Shown: positions 1 through 12,599, counted from the first letter of the stretch. The stretch is DNA of 64,000 bases from Octopus vulgaris (GCA_951406725.2 OX597820.1:19530001-19594000), one strand, 5' to 3'. Notes: generated by a model not told the origin, from the letters alone. Translations and numbers: made by a program.

Positions 1-59
1 GACAAGGTACACCTTTTCTAAAACCAGTATTGTTGTCATGTATTGTACAACTGCAGTGC

Positions 60-265
60 ATCAATGACGCTGCAACAAATGTCTTTCCAGTTTAGCATGA
101 GTTCTCTCTTGCTGCTTCGCCATTCTTGTCCAGCCAGCTCATAATATTGTCCATCCATTTGCCTTCTTTGTCTGCCTCTTGATCTACTGCTCTCTACACT
201 TCCTTCCATGATAATGTTTTCCTGACTTCCTGCTTCTTTGAATAAAGCCGAAATAGATGAGCTTT
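60..265 (-). mobile_element. Decayed 3' end of an RTE/BovB-like LINE
   Basis: Minus-strand translation across frameshifts gives LIYFGFI...ENIIMEGSVESSRSRGRQRR.WMDNIMSW, matching the RTE ORF C-terminal pattern YFGH...I.EG..EG.R.RGR...WMDNI. Confidence 0.7.
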
Positions 266-1047
266 TAAACTGATAAACACAGACTCTTGTATGTGTGTGT
301 GTGTGTATGCATGTGCATTCTATGATGAAAGCTATTAAACCAAAACTTCGAAGTCTCTCTCAAGACTTTTGCCTTGTTAAAATAAATGTGATCCATCAAT
401 TAATGACTGACGGCTTTTATATAAACTATACATAAAACAAACATTAGAGGGTTTTTGTGTGTGTCTGTGTGTCACACACACATCCCATTATAAATTTGAA
501 AATCAATACATACATGGACTTCACTCTTTAATAATAGCCCTTACTATATATATATTCCTGCAGCAAGGTACCAATTCTTAAACTGATATTACTTGACAAT
601 ATCTACCAAACTTACTAATAGCCAATATAATTTTCCAAAATAGGTTGTTGTTGTTGTACTTTTTATTTTTTTTTTATTTTTGATATTTTTATTATCTCAG
701 GTTAACTGTAACGATTGTCTTTATTGCATTTTCTCTCATTAAATGCAGAAACGGTAACTCAATAGCTTTTATGGAAATAACGTTAGATGAGTGTATTGAT
801 GTCTGGTTTTATAAATAAGTTGGTTATTCATACGGACATTGTTAATGAAGCTAGTTGTAATTCTAACACCTTTTTCTAAACAAAAATATTAAAAAAAAAA
901 AAAAAAATGGTTCAGCCACCTAAAGTTTTTTAGTCTAGGTGTTGTTAGGAGATGCTTTGTTAGTTAAACTCGGTCGAGGCACATTCTGGACAATGCCAGC
1001 AGCAGATCAAACACGTAAGAGATTATGTGAAATGTGAAATGAACAGA

Positions 1048-1312
1048 TGCAGGTTTAGCTGTGTGGTTTAAGGAACTCACTTTGCATCCACATAGCTTCA
1101 GGTTCAATCCCACTGTGTGGTGTACCTTCTGGCAAGCGTCTTTTACTATAGCTCCAGACTGGCCAATGCCTTGTGAATGAATTCGGTAGGCAGAAGCGAT
1201 GTGGAAGCCTGTTGTGCATGTGTGTGTGTGTGTATGTATATGTGCGTGTCTTTGTCTTCTACTTGACAACTGGTATTGGTTTGTGTCTCCGTAACTTACT
1301 GGTTCAATGATA
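1048..1312 (+). mobile_element. SINE family A (tRNA-derived, CORE-like), diverged and 3'-truncated
   Basis: A-box-like AGCTGTGTGGTT and B-box GGTTCAATCCC, followed by a body that aligns with the 10303 copy. Confidence 0.75.
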
Positions 1313-1314
1313 GT

Positions 1315-1684
1315 CTCTTTACTCTCTTTTACTTGTTTCATTTGGCTGTGGCCATGCTGGAGCACTGCCTTTAGTTCAGCAAATCAACCCCAGGTCTTTT
1401 AAACCTAGTACTTATTCAATCTTTTGCTGAACCGCTAACTTTACGAGGGATGTAAACATACCAGCATTGGTTGTCAAGTGATCTGGTAGTGGGGGGAACA
1501 CAGACACACACACATATATGCGACGGGCTTCTTTCAGTTTCCGTCTACCAAATCCACTCGCAGGGCTTTGGTCCGCCCGAGGCTACAGTAGAAGACACTT
1601 GCCCAAGGTGCCACGCAGTGGGACTGAACCTGGAACCATGTGGTTGGTAAGCAAGCTACTTACCACACAGCCACTCTTGCGCCT
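1315..1684 (-). mobile_element. SINE family A, near full length
   Basis: Reverse complement of the family A pattern: tRNA head, CCTTGGGCAAGTGTCTT core, internal (TG/TA)n, and GGCCACAG...GAAACAAGTAAAAGAG tail. Confidence 0.9.
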
Positions 1685-2084
1685 GATAAAATATGTATGA
1701 GACTTTTAAATAAATACTAGGGTTGATCTATTGGATGAGAACCATTGAAGACAGCCACTGTCCATTGAAACAAGTGAAAAAAGTCCCAAAAAAAAAATCT
1801 AATACTGAAGGCCCATGGAGCTTAAAGCAATGTTGGATACAATGTAACAAACATTAACAACATTAAAATCTCTTGCAAACAACTGGTAGACTTCTGTAAA
1901 GTTCTGGTCTTTTTTATTTTTTTAACCTGTAATTTTATAATTTTGTCAAATTATAAAGTGATGGAGGGCTTGACCAACAATATCTGCCACACGGAAATTA
2001 TAGCTTAAGTTTGCCATTTCTAGAATTTTTTTTAGACACAACAGAACAATGCATTAACTCAAAAAGATTTCAGATCAATTGAAA

Positions 2085-2116
<32 letters not shown>

Positions 2117-2274
2117 TTGTTTTATTATGTTTATGCATATGTGTGTCTGTGTTTATATATTTATATAATAGATATAGATCGATTTATTCAAAGGTGTTTA
2201 TCAATTTTCAAACAACTGAATTTTAACTATTTTTTATAATCAATAAATAAATACATATATATATATATATATAT

Positions 2275-2475
2275 AACAGAGATGTACTTGCATAGCAAGT
2301 GACCTGAGCTGAGATCGTGTGCTGGAACGAAATCAATTGCAGCATGGAAGGTGTTTATAAGCCATTTAAGAAACACACAAAAACCGTTAGATTCACTTCA
2401 ACATTTAAATTTAATTTGTCAAAATATTTTCGTCACTTTGAGATCACAACCTGTTCACTGACAAAATTCCATGCT
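2275..2475 (-). mobile_element. Short Penelope-like terminal-repeat fragment abutting (TA)n, containing a hammerhead-like motif
   Basis: Begins directly at a (TA)n run and contains the hammerhead fold at 2415-2465. The Penelope assignment is inferred from that motif. Confidence 0.5.
2415..2465 (-). ncRNA. Minimal type I hammerhead-ribozyme-like motif with a G3:C8 core
   Basis: Minus strand reads TTTGTCA-GTGAACA-G-GTTGT gatctcaaa GTGAC-GAAA-ATAT-TT-TGACAAA. This gives a 7-bp stem I, a wobble-rich stem II, GAAA, a palindromic AATATT stem III and a UH cleavage site. Confidence 0.6.
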
Positions 2476-2483
2476 TATATAAT

Positions 2484-2688
2484 AAGCTGGCAGAATTGTA
2501 AGCATGCCAGGCAAAAAGCTTTGCAGCATTCTATCCGTCTTCACGTTCTGAGTTCAAATTCCGCTAGGGTTGACTTTGCCTTTCATCCTTTCAGGGTTGA
2601 TAAAATACATACAAGTTGAGCACGGGGGGCAATGTAATCGACTTAACCCCTCCCTAAAATCTGCTGGTCTTGTACCAGAATTTGAAAT
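2484..2688 (+). mobile_element. SINE family B (Meta-domain SINE)
   Basis: AGCTGGCAGAA head, GAGTTCAAATTCC B box and GACTTTGCCTTTCATCCTTTC.GGGT.GATAAAAT Meta-like domain. Confidence 0.85.
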
Positions 2689-2739
<51 letters not shown>

Positions 2740-3054
2740 ACTATGAAAAGTTGCCATTCATTGTGTGTTTGTTACGTCAGTTCAATGTCAATGTTGTATA
2801 TTTTATATCAAAGATATTAATTTCTCATTAATATCTGACTGTTGTTGAAAATGCTGAATATAATAGCCACTGTCTAATTGATCAAAATGCTATCTTGGGC
2901 CCCTGCTGTTTGGTTCCATATGGTTTGATCTTTCATTTGTTTCAGTAATTGAATTATGGCCATGCTGGGGCACCAACTTGGTTTAGTCAAACTCCTCACC
3001 CTCAGTACTAATTTTTTTTAAATCTGGTAGTTACCCTGTCATGGAAGTATATAG

Positions 3055-3292
3055 CTTACTAGTTAGGGTGTTGCACTCGTGAACGTAAGGTTGTGGTTTC
3101 AATTCCTGGACCAGGTGGTACGTTGTGTTTTTGAGCAAAACACTTCGTTTCACATTGCTTCAGTTTACTCTGCTGGCAAAAATTTATAATCCTGCGATGG
3201 ACTAGCATCCCCTCCAGGAGGGTATATATATATGCCTCAGAGTCTAAGTAACTGGCCATTTTGAGCCTATGGCTAAGGCAGGACCTTTGACC
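3055..3292 (+). mobile_element. tRNA-derived CORE-type SINE, distinct family, diverged
   Basis: GGTTTCAATTCC B box, TGTGTTTTTGAGCAAAACACT core and CCTGCGATGGACTAGCATCCC motif; head and core are related to the 28940 and 38527 elements. Confidence 0.65.
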
Positions 3293-3466
3293 CGTTTGAA
3301 GGTGAGAGGGGAGATAGAGATCTTACCAAGTATCACTTTTGACTTACTGGTATTTCCTTTGTTAAGGACCGCTTTTTACTGCGATTTTTTAACCCCAAGA
3401 TGTCATATCCTCTAGCTGGTTAATGATGCACACCTGCATCTGATAAAATTATATATATATATATAA

Positions 3467-3668
3467 AACCACATGTGAATCGTTGGTGATTCTTTTTCCT
3501 CCGTCTTCCTTTCTTTTTGGACTTTCCTCTGTCTCCTGTTTCTGAAGAAGAGCTTTGCTCAAAACAAAACCACCTTCCTTTCCTTCACTGAGGTCTGCTA
3601 ATACTTTGCATGTATCACGTCCTTGCATTGTTGTTTTTTTTTTCTCGTGTTCTTAGTTTTTGGGGATT

Positions 3669-3672
<4 letters not shown>
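3467..3672 (+). mobile_element. Penelope-like terminal-repeat element between (TA)n runs, with a decayed hammerhead core at 3538-3570
   Basis: GTTT-CTGAAGA-A-GAGC ttt GCTC-(A)AAAC...AAAC; homologous to the 13645 and 18445 elements and flanked on both sides by (TA)n. Confidence 0.6.

Positions 3673-3738
<66 letters not shown>
3672..3738. repeat. (TA)n microsatellite
   Basis: Pure TA dinucleotide run. Confidence 0.98.
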
Positions 3739-3742
<4 letters not shown>

Positions 3743-4019
3743 TAGTAAAAAACACCTTTTATCAATTCAATAATGAAAAATTAAATTATCCTATTTAGAA
3801 AAATTACATATTATAGAAAGATTAAATATAATATAAAACATATAACAATGATTAAGTAATGTACAAAATAATAAATAAAATGTATATATTTGGTAGAATG
3901 TTGTGCATTTATAGTAATATTATGATCATGAAATTAGCATTAGCTTATCTCACTATTTCTTGCGGAATCTCGGTTGAAACACACTGTTCTATACTTTTAA
4001 TCTCTCACCTAAAACAAAG

Positions 4020-4260
4020 CCACACTTTCCATCCCCAGTCAAGGGATTTTGTCGTGCAAGGTACTTGATGACCCTGTTGGTGCTGGTGCCATGTAAAAAG
4101 CACCCAGTACACCTTGTAGAGTGGTTGGTGTTAGGAAAGGCATCCAGCTGTAGAAACCATGACAACGGAGCCTGATGCAGCTCCCATCCTTGTCAGCTCT
4201 TGTCAAACCATCCAACCCATGCCAACCTGGAAAACAGACATTAAATGATGATGATGATGT
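4020..4260 (+). mobile_element. SINE-like family C (RTE-related motif, (GAT)n tail)
   Basis: GGTTGG.GTTAGGAAGGGCATCCAGCTGTAGAAAC motif and CCAACCCATGC...GGAAAACAGAC.TTAAA(TGA)n tail. Confidence 0.85.
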
Positions 4261-4877
4261 GGTATGCATCCCAACATGGTCTTTGGGTAGGCTAATTAAG
4301 TTATTGATATTTTATAATTAAATGACATTATAGAGAACATTACTATGTAGAAATACATGACCCATCAACTTATGCTTTTATTAAAATTTGCATAACCATT
4401 CAACCCATTTGGATGGAAAACTAATATAAAAGCATTAAAGTTAATAAAATGTAAATTACTATCTGCCTTCTTGTTTGTATAGACAGTTTCATAAATCCTT
4501 TTGCTTCAGACTAAAACTTTTTCTGTCTTTTTTTTTCTTTCTCTTCTTTAATTAAATAAATCAATGTTATTCGTAGGACTAAAGCTCTTAGAATTGTCTG
4601 TAATACTGTGCATCTTCAGCTTTCAGCTCCATAGCAGCTATTATTCATAGAACAGAAAGCGAAGCAATTAAACTAGAATTGTCAGCAAAATTCAAATTTA
4701 CACCTGCTCCAGAAGCTGATGTGTTACTCTTTGCATTGCCTAGCAATCTATATGATGAGTCGAATTCACATAAAAGACTTCATTACAATGATGATTACGA
4801 TGACGACGGTGGTGATGGGAGATAGTATACGTTTGTGTGTGGGGGGGGTGCATTTATGCATAAAACATTTGTGGATA

Positions 4878-5265
4878 TCTTTATATATAAAAGTGAAGTT
4901 GTGTGTCTGTCTCCTACGATTTAGATTCCTAACTATTCCCACATTTTGCGGTGCAGTTTAACCAAAAGCGGGTATCTTATAGTCGTGATTCATATCGAGC
5001 CCTTCTGGGTATTAGCGCACATCTACAATGAGTCTACGATTTTAAAAAAATTTTTTTCCATTTGAATGCATTTTTTTCGCTATTATATAAGGGAAGTAAC
5101 TCTCTAAAAATGTCTACGATGAGTCAACGATTTAAAAAAAAATTTACCATCATTTTCTTTCCATTTTTAATGCATTTTTTTGCTATTTTTTGGCTATAAC
5201 TCTCTAAAAATGCTTATATAGTTATTTCCCTTACAAACCCGAGCAACGCCGGGCGATACTGCTAG
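4878..5265 (+). mobile_element. Non-autonomous Helitron
   Basis: 5' TC after an A, 3' hairpin CCCGAGCAACGCCGGG, terminal CTAG followed by T, no TSD; contains an internal ~90-bp imperfect duplication. Confidence 0.85.
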
Positions 5266-5729
5266 TAGCTTCTAAAACCTAAGTGTATCTTAAAATATAG
5301 TCAAAATAATTTACATTGCATTTACTACCATGATAATTACATATATATATATATAATATGTGCGCGCACACATGCATCAAATGCAATAATGATGCAATTG
5401 GTAAAGTATTTATCCGCGAAGTTGAAATAGCAACACTCTTTTTTTAAAAGCTGCTTTGAACATTTAATATTGTCGATGTAGCAAATATTTAACCCAGGGG
5501 GAAGAGCTTAAGTTCTTAGTTTGGCATCCTCGCCTCACTTGAGCCTCTCTTGGACGTCTCATTGAAAATTCTAGCTCTGACATGTTTTTAACATGAAAAT
5601 GGTAATATCCAATGCCAAAATCACTTACCCATGACATAGCAAGCTGTTTATAAGTTGTTGTAAGCTGTTGCTTTGCTGATTGTTAGTCATTATACAAGGG
5701 AACAAGTTGATATCTATTCTTGCTTACCC

Positions 5730-5985
5730 CTTTACTTGTTCCACTCATTAGACTGCGGCCAAGCTGGGGTACTGCCTTGAAGAATTTTAGTGAAATGCAT
5801 TAACCCCAGTATTTTTTTTTTTGAGCCTGATATTTACTCTATCAGTCTCTTTTGCTGAACTGCTAAGTTATGGGGATGTAAACACATCAGCATTGGTTAT
5901 CAAACAGTTGTGGGGGACAGGCAGGCACACACGTTATACAACGGGCTTCTTTCAGTTTCTGCGTACCAGATCCACTCACAAGGCT
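5730..5985 (-). mobile_element. SINE family A, 5'-truncated
   Basis: Aligns with the 3' half of family A. Confidence 0.8.
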
Positions 5986-6994
5986 GTGATTAAAAACATT
6001 TCTTTATTTTCTAATATGTATATGTGTCACTATAACTAGCACAGCATTTCACTCTGTTCATATATCCATACTGTTGACCTGGCTTGACTCTCACTCACTA
6101 AGATTGGTAATTAAAAAAAAAATTTAAAAAACGAAGAAAAATATTAATTTGCATGGTTTGATGCATGAGCTTATCTGTATACTTCTACTAAAACTTTACC
6201 TGTATTTAGCGAAAAAACAAATCAATATTTCCAGTTTTAAGTTATTTATTAAACAGGACATGTATTGTGGTTATAGGGTATTTCAGGTAGAAATGGCTAG
6301 CCAATGGGTTTAAATCTTTATGAAGCAGACTCCTCTCTTCTCAAAACAGAAAGCATAGAGAAAGCATTTCTAATTATCTCATCCTTCTGTTATTTTATCG
6401 AAGCGAACACCATCCGTATCATCTACAAGCCAATTACATCCATTTCTCCTGTAAACTGGTTAGTCCAGTTTCATTTCGTTTCCGCATTTGTTTTTGTCTC
6501 TTGTATATATTTGTTGCTACTTTCTGATTAGCGAGTTCGTTGTATTTAAGTCTTGAAAATATCCCCACCCAAGCAGCCATTGGATGTCTGTCCACGATCT
6601 GGCTTAAAGATAGTGCATTAAAACACATCTGAATTTGATTGTGAGATCAGTTAATACCAGCTTATCATGCTGGTGTTCACAAATATTGATATACTGGGGT
6701 TGGACAGAATAATTGAAATACTCCTCTCTGTTTGTTATAAGTTCAGAACTGTTCTATTTAGTATATATGTATCTCTCTCTATCCGCTCAATCGAAGTCGA
6801 CTCTCGGTCACTCGTTGGATCAGTGTCCTCCAGTCAGTTCTATCCTGGGCCACTTTTCAGATATATATGTATACATAAGTATTATGTACACATTGTACAT
6901 TTCAGTATAGTTTCATTTTGTTTTTCTCTACATATATTTAAATAAGTTAGAGCTCAGATTGTGGGAACTTCAGTCACTAAAACTACTGAATTAT

Positions 6995-7132
6995 TTAACC
7001 TTTAGCATGCTGAAGGGGAATCATGTCACCATACAAGTTTTCTCCCCTCCCAGTGCAACACAGTGTACCTGCAGCTACAAGGGAGAAAAGTCATACAGTA
7101 TCACAATTCACCTTCAGCATGGTATGGGTTGA
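6995..7132. mobile_element. Palindromic MITE-like element with TTAA-CC...GG-TTGA ends
   Basis: Nested inverted arms CATGCTGAAGGGGAAT/ATTCACCTTCAGCATG and TTTTCTCCC/GGGAGAAAA. Confidence 0.55.
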
Positions 7133-7574
7133 CATTTTGAGATGTACGGTCTAAGATCATGCTGGCATTCCAAAACCAAGGCAAACCAGCTGTGGCAAGC
7201 ATAATTGTGGATAGAATGTGTGAAGTTCGCAGAGAAGGCCTGCAGAATAGAGGAACGTACTGTTTGGCCCCCTACTATGACTGATGCCAAAAGTGTTTGT
7301 CCAACCCCTCTATTTTGATTTCCTAGACATTATGATGATGTGATGATAGGGAAGAGGTGATAATATAGTTTTTGTGTACATCAATGTCTATGTATTTCTT
7401 TATTAGTTTCACTTTTTGGGCTGCTGCCTCACTGATGTGCCCTCTTTAAAGAGTTTTTGTCAATCATATCATGTAGAAGTTCATGTTTTAGACACAACCC
7501 TTTTTTTCTTTTTTAACTGTCTTGTGTCAAATGCATAAATAAACACATACATATACACGAGTATTTATACTATA

Positions 7575-7840
7575 TCATCATCATCGTTTAATCTCTGTTT
7601 TCCATGCTGGCAGGGGTTGGATGGTTTGACTGCGGACTGGCAAGCCAGTAGGCTGCGCCAGGCTCCACTCTGATCTGGCAAGGTTTCTACAGCTGGATGC
7701 CCTTCCTAACGCCAACCACTCCAAGAGTGTAGTGGGTGCTTTTTATATGCCACTGGCATGAGAGCAAATTAGGTGGCACTGGCATCGACCACATTCGGAT
7801 GGTGCTTTTAACGTGCCACTGGCACAGGAGCCAGTTAGTG
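7575..7840 (-). mobile_element. SINE-like family C
   Basis: (CAT)n then TTTCCATGC...GGATGCCCTTCCTAACGCCAACC. Confidence 0.85.
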
Positions 7841-7916
7841 GCGGGTGGGGGGGTACCAAATACTTGTGAGTGGATGTGCTTGACAAAAACTGAAAGAAAC
7901 CTGTCATGGGTGTATG

Positions 7917-8112
7917 TGAGGGGATGCTGAAAAGTTCCTGGTTTTAAGGGTATTGTGAAAGGTTTGGTTGTATGCCCAACCTTTCAAGTTCTTCTACAGA
8001 ACTTAGGAAAACTGAAGGGCTGCTGCAATAAGTGTGAATCTGAGAGGAAAATATGTTGAATAAAATCATAATTAACTGATTGTCCTATGGAGAATTTTTT
8101 AGTACCACTTCA
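7917..8112 (+). mobile_element. Mariner-derived MITE
   Basis: Decayed TIRs GAGGGGATGCTGAAAAGTTC / GAATTTTTTAGTACCACTTC and a remnant of the transposase C-terminus (..NLRGKYVE*). Confidence 0.6.
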
Positions 8113-8640
8113 TAAATGTGTGTGTGTGTTACAGTCTCCTTGCCTTGATAATATGAGATAGTTGTAGATGAGTTACTGTTATGCTAGTGGTGTCCTTTGC
8201 TTCCAATCTTCTGTGAAAACATGTCTGGTCATAGGAAAAGCATCCAGTTGTGAAAAGCCTGCCTCAACAAATACGTCTGACTTATGCAAGTTCTTAATCT
8301 TACAACTACTTCACCTATGCATATGTGAGTTTCCTTGCCAGTTCCTACTTTTGTCTATAGAATAAGTAAGGTTTTGAGTTGATGAAAAAGAAGTACCCTG
8401 CAGGCCATGATGGTACCATGCAGAATAACTAGGTAAGGAGAGTCTAATGTGCCTCATTTTATTGAAAGGTATTACTGATTGGCAGAGAGTCCTCAATGCT
8501 TGGCCACACCTTATGACTTTCTTCTTTGAACACACGTAAGAAGGGCAGATGTTCTTTACCTAAAACTAAGAAGTATAGCTGGTACTCATAGGAGGAATCA
8601 AAACCACATACAGTATCTACTTAGAGGTAGGTTGACGTGA

Positions 8641-8869
8641 TTAACCCTTTCATTACTGTATATATTTTGAGATGCTCTGTGTTTCTTTCAATTATTTTAA
8701 ATATAACAAAGAATTTGGTAAAATAACTTAAATATCATTAAGCTAGTGTTAGGAACATAAATTGTGACTAAGGTTTGGTGGAAGTTTTTAATTCAGAACT
8801 TTTGAAAACAAGACATTTGTATTACAGAGCTTGAGCCAGTTTTGGCCAGGTTGGTAACGAAAGGGTTAA
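8641..8869. mobile_element. piggyBac-type MITE family D
   Basis: TTAA-CCCTTTC(A/G)TTAC...GTAACGAAAGGG-TTAA; homologous copies at 32399, 41402 and 55662. Confidence 0.9.
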
Positions 8870-9319
8870 GGGCACAACACAACACCAGTGACAGATGATC
8901 AATTGTTAACATCCTCACTTGTTTTCCAGGTACCCCATTGACTCAGTAGCCACTGAAAACTTTTGCCACCCACACTCACTCACTCAGTGTGTGTGTGTTT
9001 GTGTGTAAATTGTTGGACCATAAGAATTTATAAACAAATGCATAAGCAGGTACTCTACAAATATCAAATCAGTTTAACTCATATTTATGTTATGTGGTTA
9101 TGTGTGTGTGCGTGTGTGTGTATATATATATATATTAGGTTTGGAGATGATGTAGAGGTATTATATATTAGTAGAAATGAGGTACTCAGAAATCTGGATG
9201 GTTTTATATTTACAGATTAGTATGTTACATGCTTTTATAAATCATATATCATATATTAACGCTTTCGTCCACTCTAGTGGAGTTTTCAAATTTGAATTGA
9301 TGGAAAATAGGTATGTGTA

Positions 9320-9364
<45 letters not shown>

Positions 9365-9367
<3 letters not shown>

Positions 9368-9540
9368 GCACCCACTACACTCACGGAGTGGTTGGCGTTA
9401 GGAAGGGCATCCAGCTGTAGAAACATTGCCAGATAAGACTGGAGCCTGGTCAGCCTTCTGGCTTCCCAGATCCCTGGTCGAACCGTCCAACCCATGCTAG
9501 CATGGAGAACAGATGTTAAACGATGATGATGATGGTGATA
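9365..9540 (+). mobile_element. SINE-like family C
   Basis: Family C motif with (GAT)n tail, between (TA)n runs. Confidence 0.88.
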
Positions 9541-9728
9541 TATATATATATATATATATAAATATAAACCACGACAAGTCCAGGATGTGAAAATTTCATA
9601 ACAGTTCAGATGTAGATAGGGTCACGCTATGATGAGGTAGAAAAGAAGTCCATAGTGTTGATAGAGATGGATAGGTAAAATCAATTGTGTTACTGTTGAA
9701 AAATTTGCAATTGATAGAAAAGAGGTAT

Positions 9729-9764
<36 letters not shown>

Positions 9765-10302
9765 TTCTCCTCATCAACTGTGTGGTAAAACTAGTTATTT
9801 AGCTGATTGCATTAGGCTTAACAGTTCCTATATATTTATAAATGTTGTATAATATTAGCGTGAACCATTGGTGATTTCAGTTCTGTTATAAGCTGAATTT
9901 ACTGTTTAACTGTGTATAACATTATAACTACCATTACAATAGTTTGTTGTTACCTGTTAACTGGCGTGAGTCAGCTATCAAAACAACAAAAAGAAAAAAA
10001 AGAAACCAAAAATATTAAAAAAAAAAAAAAAAAGCTTGTTATACCTGCTCTTTTATCCATCTTTATTTTCCTGTCCTTCCTCACTTCTTAGTTTTTGGTT
10101 AGCTTAATCTAATGTAGTGTTTGTTGGAATGTGCGTAAGCGTTAGAGTTAATAAAATGAACCTGCACTGGCGCAGTTCATGATATAATTTGCAGAGATCT
10201 CGGTTTGTGACGGGGCCTTCGATAGCAAGTATATTTTCACATCTGTTGACAGCGTGTTTGAAACCAGAATGCATTTTCAGACTTTTATTAAATAATCCCA
10301 CT

Positions 10303-10461
10303 ACAGGAGTGGCTGTGTGGTAAGTAGCTTGCTTACCAGCCACACGGTTCCGGGTTCAGTCCCACCGCGTGGCACCTTGGGCAAGTGTCTTCTACTATAG
10401 CCTCGGGCTGACCAAAGCCTTGTGAGTGGATTTGGTAGACAGAAACTGAAAGAAGCCTGTC

Positions 10462-10531
<70 letters not shown>

Positions 10532-10740
10532 CTGTGTTTGTCCCCCCAACATCGCTTGACAACCGATGCTGGTATGTTTACGTCCCCGTTACTTAGCGGT
10601 TCGGCAAAAGTGGCCGATAGAATAAGTACTAGGCTTACAAAGAATAAGTCCTGGGGTCGATTTGCTCGACTAAAAAAGGCGGTGCTCCAGCATGGCCGCA
10701 GTTAAATGACTGAAACAAGTAAATGAGAGAGAAAAGAGAG
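10303..10740 (+). mobile_element. SINE family A, full length, low divergence
   Basis: TGGCTGTGTGGTAAG A box, GGGTTCAGTCCC B box, CORE-like CCTTGGGCAAGTG, internal (TA)n(TG)n and purine-rich tail. Confidence 0.93.
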
Positions 10741-11024
10741 AGTCTTGGAGTGGTTGGCCTTAGGAAGCACATGCAGCTCCCTGGCTTGCCAGTTTCCAGA
10801 GAAATTGTCCAACCCATGCCAGTATGGAAAATAGATGTTAAATGATGGTGATGATGATGGTAAATTACCTTGATATATTTTGAGTGGGATTTCAAGTACA
10901 GTAATTCTTCGGCATATTGTGGTTCACCTATCGCTGTTTATTATCTAAGCTTATGTCAATTCCTCCGTGGTGTTGATTTGCGTTTATATATAATAAAATA
11001 AATACATACAAATTATAAAAAAAT

Positions 11025-11195
11025 AATCTTTTCTACTCTAGACACAAGGCGGGGAATTTTAGATCGGCCCCAGTATGCAACTGGTACTTAATTTATCGAC
11101 CCAAAAGGATAAAAGGCAAAATCAACCTTGGTGGAATTTGAACTCAGAACGTAAAGGCAGATGAAATACTGCTAAGCATTTCGCCCACCGTGCTG
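11025..11195 (-). mobile_element. SINE family B (Meta)
   Basis: GGTACTTAATTTATCGACCC.AAAGGAT.AAAGGCAAA...GGAATTTGAACTCAGAAC. Confidence 0.8.
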
Positions 11196-11284
11196 AACCA
11201 ATAAGTTACAGACATTGAAAGAAACTAACATTGATTGTCAAGCAATGGTGGGACAGGGACGGACACACACACACACACACACGT

Positions 11285-11941
11285 CTTGTTTCAGTCATTA
11301 GACTGTGGCCATGCTGGGGCACCTCCTTGAGGAATTAGCTGAATGAATCGACCCCAGTACTTGTTTTCTTTTGTAAGCCTGCTACTTTATGGAACTGCTA
11401 AGTTACAAGGGACATAAACACACCAGCACCGGTTGTCAAATGATGGCGGGGGAGCAAACAGACACAAAAGCAAACACATACACACACAATGGGCTTCTTT
11501 TAGTTTTTATGTACCAAATCAACTCACAAGGCTTTAATCAGCCCGGGGTTATAGTAAAAGACACTTGCCCAAGGTGCCATGGTGTGGGACTGAACTGGGA
11601 ACCATGTGGTTGAAAAGCGAACTTTTTCACCACACAGACACACCTGTACCATAAAGACACTTGGCCAAGGTGCCATGGTGTGGGATTGAACTGGGAACCA
11701 TGTGGTTGAGAAGTGAACATTTTCACCACACCGACACACCTGTGCCATAAAGACACTTGCTCAAGGTACCACGGTGTGGGATTGAACTGGGAACCATGTG
11801 GTTGAGAAGCAAACTTTTTCACCACACCGACACACCTGTGCCATAAAGACACTTGCTCAAGGTGCCACGGTGTGGGATTGAACTGGGAACCACGTGGTTG
11901 AGAAGCGAACTTTTTAACCCACACAGACACACCTGTGCCAT
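11285..11941 (-). mobile_element. SINE family A with a quadruplicated tRNA head
   Basis: Family A body plus four 96-bp head units starting at 11557, 11653, 11749 and 11845. Confidence 0.9.
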
Positions 11942-12440
11942 AATCGTTTAAAAAGAACTTAAAAAATCTACCCGCATATGATCACTTACAGTGCTCCAGC
12001 ATGGCCGCAGCCATAGGGCTGAAATGCATATAAAAGAATATAATACGTGTAAACATTTAAGTAAGGTCTAGACAAATAATGATAATAATAATAATAATAA
12101 TAATAATAACCGGTTACTCATTCATATTCCTACCTGCGCCTATATTTACACAGGAAAGCAATATGCTGACAGCAGTCTCTCTCATACCAATATAGAAAGT
12201 ACACACACACACACACACACACAGACACACACACACATGTACGGACATTACAGTCACTACCTTAACTTTCACTCGAGTAAGTTAGCATAGGAAAGGCCTG
12301 CTGCTATAAAATACTTGTTCAAACAATTCTCTGCAAATGTTGAACATAATGGAGGGAGGGAAATATTAAAATAATTAGAATAGTAAACAAGGTTAATCAT
12401 TTGGGTAAGGTAAAGCTTGTGGCGATGTGTATCAGCTTGA

Positions 12441-12476
<36 letters not shown>

Positions 12477-12599
12477 ATATATATATATATATGTGTATAT
12501 ATATACTGGAACATTGTAAACAGATAAACCTATGTGTTTTATTGTGTTTACACACATACTCACAGACTTAGAGACTCGCATGTATATAAATAAATATAT

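Noticed and set aside
11557-11941. CRISPR-like array
   Set aside because: The whole 96-bp unit repeats with no unique spacers, it derives from a SINE head, and the context is eukaryotic.
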